Origin: a virus
DNA: 64,000 nt
Direction: 5' to 3' (one strand)
Virus record (IMG/VR): IMGVR_UViG_3300042691_028844
Span: 22,581 to 86,580 of that record
This document shows, one piece after another, positions 27,075 through 35,975 of this stretch; positions within the stretch are counted from its first letter, which is position 1, and every line of letters starts with the position of its first letter. The notes under the pieces are model-generated. The model was not told the origin of the DNA. It saw nothing but the letters and a program-made list of their open reading frames with translations, and searched no databases. The position numbers and the translations under genes are program-made.

Positions 27075-29303
27075 ATGCCTTCAGATAATCTGAGTGTCCG
27101 CAGTCGATTTTCAGAAATTCTGGAGGCTGCTAGAACCCAAGATCGTAGTAAACAGTCTACGACGATGGTTGTTCTCAGCCATCTTCAGCAGATGACGCTG
27201 CTGATGCTTAAAAAAGGACTATATTTTTATTGTGAACAAGATACCTATAATGCTCGAACTCGTTTTCTTCAAGATTTAATCGAGTTAAATAGATTAGACA
27301 TACGGTTTCCCGCAATTATCCGGAATTTTTTGATTGACGGCTGCGGATTGTTCTATTTCCGTCCTGACGTTAAGTTAAAGTACCAAATTTATTTCTTTAA
27401 TAAAAATCAATATAAGGTTTATCATGATGTAAACGGTAATATAGAGGAAGTCGTAATTCTTTATAGCTACCAAGTTAGAGGATCCTTGTTGGGTCTTCCC
27501 GGTGACTCGACGAACCAAAACAAGCGTTATGTTCGGTTGTCTCTGACCTCTGAATTCATATCAGAGTATGAATCAAATACCGAACTCAGTTTTGATTTAG
27601 AACCAGGCGGAATTATCAGTCCAAAGAGTAAAAAACCCAACGGTTTAGGGTTCATTCCCGCCGTGGAGGTTCTGAATAAGCCGAACTCCAGCGGAACTGA
27701 AGGCGAAGGGGACTTTGAGCAGTTCATGGAAGCGGTTGTGCTCCATGACCAGATGATGAGCACTATTGCCAAGAATATTGAGTTCTTCGGTAATCCCACG
27801 CTTGTCAGCTCCCGTCCCAGAAGTGATCTGGTCGAAGCTTCGGATGCTGAGCGCAATTTCAGACCGACTATTAGTAGTCAGAGCGGTTTTGCGGGGCCGG
27901 ATTCTCCGTCCACGCGTGTGTCGGAGCCATTCGGCGCATCTTCTGCGCTCGGGGGTCTCCGTGTTCCACGGATTATTGCGAACGTTGAGCCAACGGATCG
28001 AGTCGGTTTCATTACGCCCGACCCGGTTAACGGAGATATGAACCGTTACTCTCTCCTGTTACGGGAAGAGATTCGAACGGCTCTCGGAGGTGTCGACGAA
28101 ATTTCTGTGTCGGCTGGTGCAACCGCGACGGAAATTAAGGGTCTCATGGGTCGGGCTCAGGCCACGGCGCTCCGTAAGAACAAGAGCTTCCTGAATTACG
28201 GATTCTGTAAACTCTTGGAGATGATTATTTATCACCAAGAGAATGTATTTAGAGAGAGTTTTGCAGAAATTACTGGGCTGAAAGCTCCGCAGCCTCCGGC
28301 TGAAGAAACTGAAGAAAGCGTCACTCTTTATCAAACGAAGCTGGCTAAGTTTGAGGCCAAGCTTGACGCCGCTATTCAAAAAGCAACTCAAGAAGGGAAA
28401 GTCCCTCGGGGCGTCTACGGTCTTCCTCCGGATGGGGATCGTAAAGTTTCCTATCGTTTCCAAGGTGACGTTTACGAAGACACGGCCTACGACATTAATC
28501 AGAAGTCGATTGTCGTTCGTAACCTTCAAGAACTTGGCGTGGATAGCGTCGAAGCTCTTAAGTACCTCTTCCCTGATAAGACTGACAGTGAGCGGGCTGA
28601 GATGTTGAAGGGGTTCCCCTTCCGAATGATTCAGCAGACTCAGAGCGCTTTTCAACAATTTCTATTATTATTGAATCAGATGTTGCAAGTGCCACATCCG
28701 CTTCAGCCGAATCAACCGCTTGCGGCTGATCCCCGGCTAAATCTAACGGCCCTTCTTTATAGGACGTTTGATCACCTTGCGCAAGAACTGACTTACTCGG
28801 GCAGCTATGAGCCAGCAGATCCCAGCTTCGATCCCGAGCCCGGTATCCCCGGCGGTAGCTCCCTCGCAGGCAGCGCCAATGGCGGATATGGGCGCGGGCA
28901 ACTACCCACAATGGGTAGCACATACCCAGGCGGCACCTTCGGCAACTATGCCGCAAATGCCGTCGCCGGGAACACCGGTTTCGGTCCCTTCTACCAGCAA
29001 CCAGTCCAGCCAGTCTCAGTCCAGCTTCTCCCCGAACAATCCGTGGGAAGCGGCTATGAGCAGCCTGGAGCGGGTGGTTTCCCGGATCTCGCCGTCCCCC
29101 AGCCAGACAGCACAGTATCCTTCGTACCAAACGGCGCAGCCGGGTACAACACAGTACAATCCGAGTTTACAGGCCCAACCGGCGCAATATCCGGTGGCCC
29201 AGGCTCCGCAGACCTCGTACAGCAACGGCTATACGACCCCAACTTCCTCTCGGGGTTCTACGGAAACACCGCAGCTCAGCGCGGAAACCGCCGCCGTCGT
29301 TAA
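27075..29303 (+). CDS. portal protein with long disordered C-terminal extension
   Basis: Size and position between terL and scaffold/MCP; GFIPAVEV.N and FFGNPTL patterns. Confidence 0.85.
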   Translation: MPSDNLSVRSRFSEILEAARTQDRSKQSTTMVVLSHLQQMTLLMLKKGLYFYCEQDTYNARTRFLQDLIELNRLDIRFPAIIRNFLIDGCGLFYFRPDVKLKYQIYFFNKNQYKVYHDVNGNIEEVVILYSYQVRGSLLGLPGDSTNQNKRYVRLSLTSEFISEYESNTELSFDLEPGGIISPKSKKPNGLGFIPAVEVLNKPNSSGTEGEGDFEQFMEAVVLHDQMMSTIAKNIEFFGNPTLVSSRPRSDLVEASDAERNFRPTISSQSGFAGPDSPSTRVSEPFGASSALGGLRVPRIIANVEPTDRVGFITPDPVNGDMNRYSLLLREEIRTALGGVDEISVSAGATATEIKGLMGRAQATALRKNKSFLNYGFCKLLEMIIYHQENVFRESFAEITGLKAPQPPAEETEESVTLYQTKLAKFEAKLDAAIQKATQEGKVPRGVYGLPPDGDRKVSYRFQGDVYEDTAYDINQKSIVVRNLQELGVDSVEALKYLFPDKTDSERAEMLKGFPFRMIQQTQSAFQQFLLLLNQMLQVPHPLQPNQPLAADPRLNLTALLYRTFDHLAQELTYSGSYEPADPSFDPEPGIPGGSSLAGSANGGYGRGQLPTMGSTYPGGTFGNYAANAVAGNTGFGPFYQQPVQPVSVQLLPEQSVGSGYEQPGAGGFPDLAVPQPDSTVSFVPNGAAGYNTVQSEFTGPTGAISGGPGSADLVQQRLYDPNFLSGFYGNTAAQRGNRRRR

Positions 29304-29745
29304 TCACTTCGGCATTGAGGCTCCCGGCATTCTGAATCAGTATGCCACGACCCTCGAAGATGCTCTGATTCAGCAGCAAGCTGTGCTCGAAAGTGTGGCC
29401 TCTCGTGCCGCTGCTATGGAGCACATTCTGACTGACGGTGAGCAGCTCGCTGATTACACCAATCGGTATTTCACTGATGTAGAGCCCATCGATATCGATG
29501 AGGCCATTACTGCAGTGACTCCTGATTACGGTTACCAGCAAAATGCTGAGTACACCCCCCGCTACGATCAGGTTCCCTCTATTCCCGCTAACGCGTCTGC
29601 TGGCTCCCGCCCCGTGGATCCCCAGACTCAGTGGAACGGTTTTGGTAACGTTATGAACCAGAGCCCCGATCAGGCTTGGCGCTATCTGTCTCAGATGAGC
29701 CCCGATGCTATCCGTAGCAAGCTTTTGTTTATGGATCAGGCTTGA
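28807..29745 (+). CDS. putative scaffolding protein
   Basis: P/Q/S-rich N-half, helical C-half; followed by terminator. Confidence 0.7.
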   Translation: MSQQIPASIPSPVSPAVAPSQAAPMADMGAGNYPQWVAHTQAAPSATMPQMPSPGTPVSVPSTSNQSSQSQSSFSPNNPWEAAMSSLERVVSRISPSPSQTAQYPSYQTAQPGTTQYNPSLQAQPAQYPVAQAPQTSYSNGYTTPTSSRGSTETPQLSAETAAVVNHFGIEAPGILNQYATTLEDALIQQQAVLESVASRAAAMEHILTDGEQLADYTNRYFTDVEPIDIDEAITAVTPDYGYQQNAEYTPRYDQVPSIPANASAGSRPVDPQTQWNGFGNVMNQSPDQAWRYLSQMSPDAIRSKLLFMDQA

Positions 29746-29771
29746 TAGACTGGTTCTGGAATATCGAACTT

Positions 29772-29799
29772 AGGCCCCGTGAAAACGGGGTCTTTTTTT
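29772..29799 (+). terminator. intrinsic terminator
   Basis: GGCCCCGT-GAAA-ACGGGGTC followed by T7. Confidence 0.9.
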
Positions 29800-29844
29800 G
29801 TTTGTTACTTTTCAGCTAATATGTAGAAAGACTTGACCCGTACG

Positions 29845-30102
29845 ATGCCTTTTAAATCTGAGGCGCAACGCCGCAAATTTCACGCAATGGCTGACCGTGG
29901 CGAAATGCCTAGAAGCAAGGTAGACGAGTATGAAAGAGCGTCTAAAGGGGATATTCCTGAACGCGTAGGGGTTGAGAAACGAGAAATGAAAAGGAAGGCA
30001 AAGAAAAAAGCCCGCAAAAAACTTATGCGGACTGAGCAGCGAGAGACTAAACAAGAGGCTAGAAGCGGTGCCCCCGTGGCCGACACAGCTTCAAACGCTT
30101 AA
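29845..30102 (+). CDS. small basic protein
   Basis: MPFKSEAQRRKF N-terminus common in phages. Confidence 0.7.
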   Translation: MPFKSEAQRRKFHAMADRGEMPRSKVDEYERASKGDIPERVGVEKREMKRKAKKKARKKLMRTEQRETKQEARSGAPVADTASNA

Positions 30103-30124
30103 TTTCTTTACTCGGTAATTTCTA

Positions 30125-30349
30125 ATGCCTAACTCCATTGATCGTCGCCGTTTACAGACTCCTGCCGGTGTCTCGGATGAGGTAGAAAAACTCAAGGCCG
30201 AACTTGAGACTTTGCGGAAATTGTATCTGCAGGATATGGCTAATGTCAGCCGGGACATGCTGAGCCTTAGCGAACAGATTACTGCGCCCGCTGTGGCCGA
30301 GACCCTAGCGGATGACGAAAGCACGCCTCCGAGTAACTTGATCAATTAA
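30125..30349 (+). CDS. small coiled-coil protein
   Basis: ORF. Confidence 0.65.
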   Translation: MPNSIDRRRLQTPAGVSDEVEKLKAELETLRKLYLQDMANVSRDMLSLSEQITAPAVAETLADDESTPPSNLIN

Positions 30350-30358
30350 GGGCGCGCG

Positions 30359-31942
30359 GTGGCTTACCTTCCACTCCGTAATTATAAATACGACTCGGGT
30401 CCGCATCGGATACAATCCGGTCCTGATCATGAAGGATATATTGTAATTACACAGGGAGTTCAATCAACAGGGGCTGACAACGGAATTATCGTCGACGGCA
30501 CACCCCTTAGTGGCGTGGTTGGGTCCGGTCAACGATGGGGGTATGATGCAAATTGGCGTTATGTCCCAACGTCAGCCCCTTCGCTGAGCGGACGACTTAC
30601 CCCAACTTTACGGCAGCCAAGCGGAACTTTAGGGTCTTATACGTTCACCAGAATCTCTACTCCAACTAATGTCGCTGGGGTTAAAGTTGTTAGCTCTGTT
30701 GAATCCGACACGACTTTTAAGAATCTAAGAAAAAGAAAATCAGTTTATTACGGAGGAGCTTGTCCTGATAATCAAAACTACTCTCCTTTCAATACACCAG
30801 AAGGTAATACAGCTGCTGAAGGTAAAACGGGCGGAGGCGTTACCCACCCGCTGTACGAGAGTCCGTTATTAACTAATGTTTTAGGTGGCCAGGGTACGTC
30901 TGACAGAAGTGAATGGCAATATAGTTCTCCTGTATATTGTGCTGTATTTACAGAAGCTAAGCGATCAGAGACCCCTGGGGTAATGTCCGGTGTTATTAGG
31001 AGCACTTATCGGGGCGGGTCTTTAAGCTATTTAACGAACTACGGAAACGTAGTATTAGGAGGTCGGCAGTTTTCCGGCGGCGGCGGCGGCGGCGGCGACG
31101 ATCTTTATGAAGAAGAGATTGATGGAGGTTTTGGGGAGTGGGTCGAGGAAGATTTCTCGACTTGTACACCTTATACTCCGGAGTTACCTTCTAATAACAA
31201 TGAATACCCCAACCCCGCGACCGTATACGTAGGGGATATTTTAACTGCCAACTTTTTAACTGGGGAAATTAACGGAGCTTTATTCTGCGAGGACTCTTCT
31301 ATAGAGTGGTATAGTGACCGTGACGGCTATTTAGGGTCTGGCGAAACGTATCTTGTTCCGGCGGCTAATATAGGCTCCAGTATATATTACGAAGTTACTT
31401 ACGAAAACGATGAGATTCTACCATCCCCACTTACTGATCCTGTAGCGTATCCTCTTCCTTTTCCGCCCTGTGCAATTACAGATATACGCGCTATTGCCGT
31501 AAGACCGTCGAATGTCGCGGCTTGGCCGGTAGGGACTTACGACCCTTGTGGACGTAATGAAATGCAGTTTGAGGCTTTCGGGACCAAATTTAACCCGGAT
31601 AGCTGCGCTCGTGAATCATTTTACTCAGTTATCGGTTTTCCTGTTATAGACATTGGGGTTGGGCAGGTCGTGTGGCCCGCGCTCCCTGTCTTAGACAATG
31701 ACCTTTGTGAGAATTATACAATTCAAACGTACGAGGTTACCAGAGTATACCTTTCAAATCTAATAGGGAGTGTAACTGGAGCGTTTTTATTCCTGAGGAC
31801 GCAGAGAGGATTAGATGGCTACGTTACATGGACTGCAGCTATTCGCCCGATGAATCCCTCGGGACTATATGTCAGACCGTTCCCACAACCAGGGGAGACC
31901 GTATATGGTGAGGCACCTTTCATACCCTCAGTTTCCGGTTAA
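30359..31942 (+). CDS. putative virion protein, two-part (Gly7 hinge)
   Basis: SG-rich N-part, (GGC)7 linker, acidic Ig-like C-part. Confidence 0.7.
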   Translation: MAYLPLRNYKYDSGPHRIQSGPDHEGYIVITQGVQSTGADNGIIVDGTPLSGVVGSGQRWGYDANWRYVPTSAPSLSGRLTPTLRQPSGTLGSYTFTRISTPTNVAGVKVVSSVESDTTFKNLRKRKSVYYGGACPDNQNYSPFNTPEGNTAAEGKTGGGVTHPLYESPLLTNVLGGQGTSDRSEWQYSSPVYCAVFTEAKRSETPGVMSGVIRSTYRGGSLSYLTNYGNVVLGGRQFSGGGGGGGDDLYEEEIDGGFGEWVEEDFSTCTPYTPELPSNNNEYPNPATVYVGDILTANFLTGEINGALFCEDSSIEWYSDRDGYLGSGETYLVPAANIGSSIYYEVTYENDEILPSPLTDPVAYPLPFPPCAITDIRAIAVRPSNVAAWPVGTYDPCGRNEMQFEAFGTKFNPDSCARESFYSVIGFPVIDIGVGQVVWPALPVLDNDLCENYTIQTYEVTRVYLSNLIGSVTGAFLFLRTQRGLDGYVTWTAAIRPMNPSGLYVRPFPQPGETVYGEAPFIPSVSG

Positions 31943-32075
31943 AGCCTCTCCGATCTTTGATTTGATTCTCCGTCCTTAAAACCGTTAAAATAAACGCGGA
32001 ACTTGCGACAAAATCTTTGTTTAATAGGGTTAGGTTTGGTTAAACTTAACGTGTAGTTCTTCGGGGGTTGGCGCT

Positions 32076-33191
32076 TTGTTCGTCGACAATGATTTTCCGA
32101 AGCTGCTCGGCGCCGAATTATACCGTCCGCATCCTGCGTACGTTGTAGAAATGGCGGCTGAGCCCGTGGTTGTTCACGACTTTAGTAAGCAACCGGGCCA
32201 GACTGTGCAGCTTGACCGCTATAGATTCTGGGGCAATCCTGGGTCTAAAGAATCGCGTGAGCGTACGGCAGAACAGACCATCGGTACTGCGAACAGCAGG
32301 AACATTGTCAAGGACAAAGTTCTTGTGACTCTTCGCGAGTACACTGGTCCTGCTGACCCTGGCGATCCTACTCAGCCTAGCACTTTCAAGATTGCTAGAG
32401 AGACCTTAATTACCGCTCAAAGATTACTTTTAGACACAGGTAATCTTACAGCGTTCCATCAATCTATTGGTTCTCTAACTCTCTTAGATGACTATAGAAG
32501 ATGGCGCGACCGGGTGTTCATTAACGAACTCCTGAAAGCTGTCTCGAAGGGTCAATCGTCTGACACCCAAGGTGGTTACTACTACCCTGGCGATTTAGCT
32601 GTTGGCGCCCTCACCTATACCAACGCCGAACAAGCCAAGTTCGACGTTAAGGACGACCTGCTCCGCGTGGTTAAGAGCCTGCGTAAGCGCAACGTTCCTA
32701 CGTATCAGGACGGTTTCTATCGCTGTGTATGCGATCCGACCTTCCTTATGCACCTTAGACAGAATAGCGACTTCCGTGAGGTGGCTCGTTATCCTGGTAA
32801 CGGGCAAATTAACCCGCTCATGTCTTCGATGCAGCCCAACGCTGCCATCTACATGGGCCAAGGTTTCGGCCAAGCTACCTTTGTAGCAGGTGAGCCGATT
32901 ATGCCCACCGGCTTCGTGTTTGAGGGAGTTCGCTTCTTCGAATCCACGAACATGCCGTCTCAGTCTCAGACTGCTTCGATTGCTGGTGCTAGCGCCTCTT
33001 ACGAAGCAGCTGTTGGTATGTTCTTCGGCCCTCAAGCCGTAGGCGTAGGCATTGGTGGCAACAACGCTCAAGTGTTGTTGAATAATAATGACGATTTCAG
33101 TCGTTTCATCATGATGATCTGGTCTCTTTATGCCGGATTTGAACTGCTGAACGCTGACTTCGCCACCATCAGTTATTCCTTCAACGCTTGA
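32076..33191 (+). CDS. major capsid protein (HK97-fold, N4-gp56-like)
   Basis: KQPGQTVQ, L....VP..DG.Y....DP, GVRFFEST, FFGPQAVG, DDF.R.....W. Confidence 0.9.
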   Translation: MFVDNDFPKLLGAELYRPHPAYVVEMAAEPVVVHDFSKQPGQTVQLDRYRFWGNPGSKESRERTAEQTIGTANSRNIVKDKVLVTLREYTGPADPGDPTQPSTFKIARETLITAQRLLLDTGNLTAFHQSIGSLTLLDDYRRWRDRVFINELLKAVSKGQSSDTQGGYYYPGDLAVGALTYTNAEQAKFDVKDDLLRVVKSLRKRNVPTYQDGFYRCVCDPTFLMHLRQNSDFREVARYPGNGQINPLMSSMQPNAAIYMGQGFGQATFVAGEPIMPTGFVFEGVRFFESTNMPSQSQTASIAGASASYEAAVGMFFGPQAVGVGIGGNNAQVLLNNNDDFSRFIMMIWSLYAGFELLNADFATISYSFNA

Positions 33192-33206
33192 TAGGAGGTA
33201 TTAACG

Positions 33207-34076
33207 ATGGCTATTAACGCAAACCAGCTTGCAGTTACCCGGATTTATCCCGGTAACTACACCAACGTGCTGAAGTATTGGCACGAAACCAAGACCGTTA
33301 CGTATTTAAACGAGAACGGTACTAGCCAGACCCTGACGGATCAACCCGTGGGCGGCCCTGTCGGCGTGGTCTTCCGCCCCGGCTGGATTGCTCAGCAGGC
33401 TGTTGGCTATGTGGACCTTTCGTATCAAGCGTTAGGTTCTATCAACCAAATGGAGTATTACACTACTCCTTACGCTTCTGGCGGCGCGTCTAACAAACCG
33501 TTTACTAACGGCACTGCGATTATCCCTTCCCCGGATTATCACAAAGACATCCGCGCCGACATCACCACCGGCATCAAAGTGCCTTCCGGCGCTTATGTGT
33601 ACCGTGTGGGTCTCCGTGTTGACGGCGGCGATGTGGTCAGCAGCGGTGTGGTTGGCGGTGTTTCCTCTCCGAAGCTGGGTCTCGGCCCTGGTCTCGGCAT
33701 TGGTCTCTCTGAAACTCCTTCCGCTAGCGGCTTCTACGCAACTGTTGTCGGTTCCAACAGCCGGATCACGAACGGTACGTGGAATTCCAGTAATGCCTGG
33801 AATGCCGCAAACATGCACCGTGTGACGGCTGAGACTGAGTACGCTCTGGCCACCGTGGGCAACCTCGGCGGCGCTGCAGCGTCCGGTCTGGCCCAGGCTT
33901 CGGGTGTTTATGACCCCCGTGCAGGTGTCGGTAAACTGTCCGGTCGCAATAAAGCCCTCGCTATTTGCGAGGTTTGCTGGCTGCTTCCTGACGAAACCCC
34001 GAACCGCGAAAGCCTTGGGCTTCAACCTGGCGGTGTGGTGGAGTCCAGCATTTACACTTCCACCTCTCCCACCTGA
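33207..34076 (+). CDS. capsid decoration/major virion protein
   Basis: Follows MCP with AGGAGG SD and shares its terminator; SG-rich. Confidence 0.65.
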   Translation: MAINANQLAVTRIYPGNYTNVLKYWHETKTVTYLNENGTSQTLTDQPVGGPVGVVFRPGWIAQQAVGYVDLSYQALGSINQMEYYTTPYASGGASNKPFTNGTAIIPSPDYHKDIRADITTGIKVPSGAYVYRVGLRVDGGDVVSSGVVGGVSSPKLGLGPGLGIGLSETPSASGFYATVVGSNSRITNGTWNSSNAWNAANMHRVTAETEYALATVGNLGGAAASGLAQASGVYDPRAGVGKLSGRNKALAICEVCWLLPDETPNRESLGLQPGGVVESSIYTSTSPT

Positions 34077-34119
34077 GATTAGGTTTAATCTCAAATTTAT
34101 CTCCGGTTACGGAGTTTTT

Positions 34120-34146
34120 ACCCCTCTCTACGAGGGGTTTTTTATT
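34120..34146 (+). terminator. intrinsic terminator
   Basis: ACCCCTC-TCTAC-GAGGGGT followed by T-run. Confidence 0.85.
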
Positions 34147-34184
34147 GCGGAGGGCTATACTAAGGCTTAGCCAATAGCTTCATA

Positions 34185-34619
34185 ATGACAGTCACTGCCG
34201 TGAAAGAATTTACCTACGTTCCGAACGGTGTGAAAGTTACCGTTCTCAGTACTCACGATGATGGTGAGTACTACATGGTTCGTTCCATCACTACTGGCAA
34301 AGTTTTTTACGCACACAAGAATCAAATTGTTGAAAAAGATGTAGAAGAGGAGCTTGACGAAAAACCCGTTAAGCGTCGCCGGGGTCGGCAAATTGTTCGG
34401 CCCGAGTCGCCGGCTTTTACACGCATCAACATCAACAGCGCGCCTCCAGAGCTGTTAACTCAGATTCTTAACGGGGTTGGAATGAAGACCGCCGTGGCGA
34501 TTAAAGAGCTTCAGCAGTCCTTGCCTGGCGAGCGGTTCACCAAACTGGATCAATTAAAGAGTATTTCGGGCATCGACTGGGATGTCGTCCTTGAGGGAGA
34601 TATTGCTTATGTCGAATGA
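34185..34619 (+). CDS. helix-hairpin-helix (ComEA-like) DNA-binding protein
   Basis: RININSA..ELL....GVG...A.AI...F..LDQL..I.GI. Confidence 0.8.
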   Translation: MTVTAVKEFTYVPNGVKVTVLSTHDDGEYYMVRSITTGKVFYAHKNQIVEKDVEEELDEKPVKRRRGRQIVRPESPAFTRININSAPPELLTQILNGVGMKTAVAIKELQQSLPGERFTKLDQLKSISGIDWDVVLEGDIAYVE

Positions 34620-34663
34620 TTTGGAGTTAAATCTTTTAGACTGTTGTTAGCGGTCGGGTTTTA

Positions 34664-35296
34664 GTGGCTCGTCTTTTAACAGCAGAATTACAGCAAGTTC
34701 AGCAATACCTTGACGAACAAGGTGTTGTATTTGCCAGTGAGTTTACTGACGCTGCTCGGCTTGAAGTCGTTTATGCCGCAGTTAACTCTTTACTGAGGCA
34801 AGTTCCTCAAGTTCGGTCATGCTCTCTTGATGACTATAACTTTGAGCGTGTTTGTTATCACCTTAATTACAACATCTCTGCAGTTAGCCCCGCAGACTAC
34901 TCTAGGTTGCTGGAGGCTTGCAATAATATTCCTAGTGATTTTTACTACTCAAAAATCCTGAATCAGGTTGAGCGTTGCGATCGAGCCGAGGTGTACACAG
35001 AACTGGCATCCAATCGAGGCGCTAGCCAGCAGGAAGTGATTCTCGGTCAAGGAGAGGAAGTATTAAATAGAACCATAACGATTCAAGATAATCGAAAAGT
35101 TATGCGCGTCTGGCGTGAGAACTATTTATATGAGTGTGATCGACTTTCGGCCGTTTTGCATGTAGTTAATTACAAGGATCCGGTTATTGCTCACTCTCGT
35201 TTTATCGCCACGGAGGGTGAGTTCATCCAGAGTCTTCCCGGCCCACCTAGTCCAGCGCTATACGACGATATTTTCTTTTCTACCCTTTGGCATTGA
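34664..35296 (+). CDS. putative head-tail adaptor, paralog A
   Basis: Position; LDDYNFERVCYHLNY; similar along its length to 35324. Confidence 0.6.
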   Translation: MARLLTAELQQVQQYLDEQGVVFASEFTDAARLEVVYAAVNSLLRQVPQVRSCSLDDYNFERVCYHLNYNISAVSPADYSRLLEACNNIPSDFYYSKILNQVERCDRAEVYTELASNRGASQQEVILGQGEEVLNRTITIQDNRKVMRVWRENYLYECDRLSAVLHVVNYKDPVIAHSRFIATEGEFIQSLPGPPSPALYDDIFFSTLWH

Positions 35297-35323
35297 TTAG
35301 ACTCTGTATAAACGTAACCAGCC

Positions 35324-35944
35324 GTGGCTGAATTAAGTGTTCAAGAACTAGAGCAGATTTACAGCTACCTTGCGCAGCAGGGTGTTGTAACTCAGCCCAC
35401 CACCACGGATCGCACAAAACGAGAAATCGTTTATGCGGCGCTAAATGAAATCGGCCGCAACCCTGGCAAGGTTTTTGGTTTTAAGCTAGATGACTTTAAC
35501 TTCTCTAGAGTTGCGTATCACTTAGGGTATAACGTAGCGACTGTCCCTGCTGGCGATTACTCTCGTCTGCTGCTGGCTTGTACAAGTATCCCCAGTCAGT
35601 ATTTTTATGACAAGATTATCCAGCAGATTGAACGTTGCGAAGAGGCTGAAAGGCTTTCGGAATTAGCTGGTGGTAAAGGCACCAGCCGGCAAGAGATTAT
35701 TCTTGGTGACGTTAGCCGTACGATTAGCGTTCAGGATAAACAAGAGACAGCCAAAATCTGGCGGGAAAACTATATCTTTGAGACCGATAGGTTAGCCCAA
35801 ATGCTGTTCGTAGCTAACTACAGGAACCCCGTGGTTAATCGTTACCGTTTTGAGCGTAGTGGCGGCACGTATGTTCAGGCTCTGCCTGGTGCTCCCACGA
35901 TGTCGCGGGCCGATCGTCTCTATTTTGCGACTAATTGGCGTTAA
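35324..35944 (+). CDS. putative head-tail adaptor, paralog B
   Basis: LDDFNFSRVAYHLGY...WRENY.FETDRL. Confidence 0.6.
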   Translation: MAELSVQELEQIYSYLAQQGVVTQPTTTDRTKREIVYAALNEIGRNPGKVFGFKLDDFNFSRVAYHLGYNVATVPAGDYSRLLLACTSIPSQYFYDKIIQQIERCEEAERLSELAGGKGTSRQEIILGDVSRTISVQDKQETAKIWRENYIFETDRLAQMLFVANYRNPVVNRYRFERSGGTYVQALPGAPTMSRADRLYFATNWR

Positions 35945-35975
35945 AGCTATTATGGTATTAAGTACTGGTGTTTAG

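Noticed and set aside
34185-34619. psbU photosynthesis gene
   Set aside because: Only generic HhH similarity; no signal peptide
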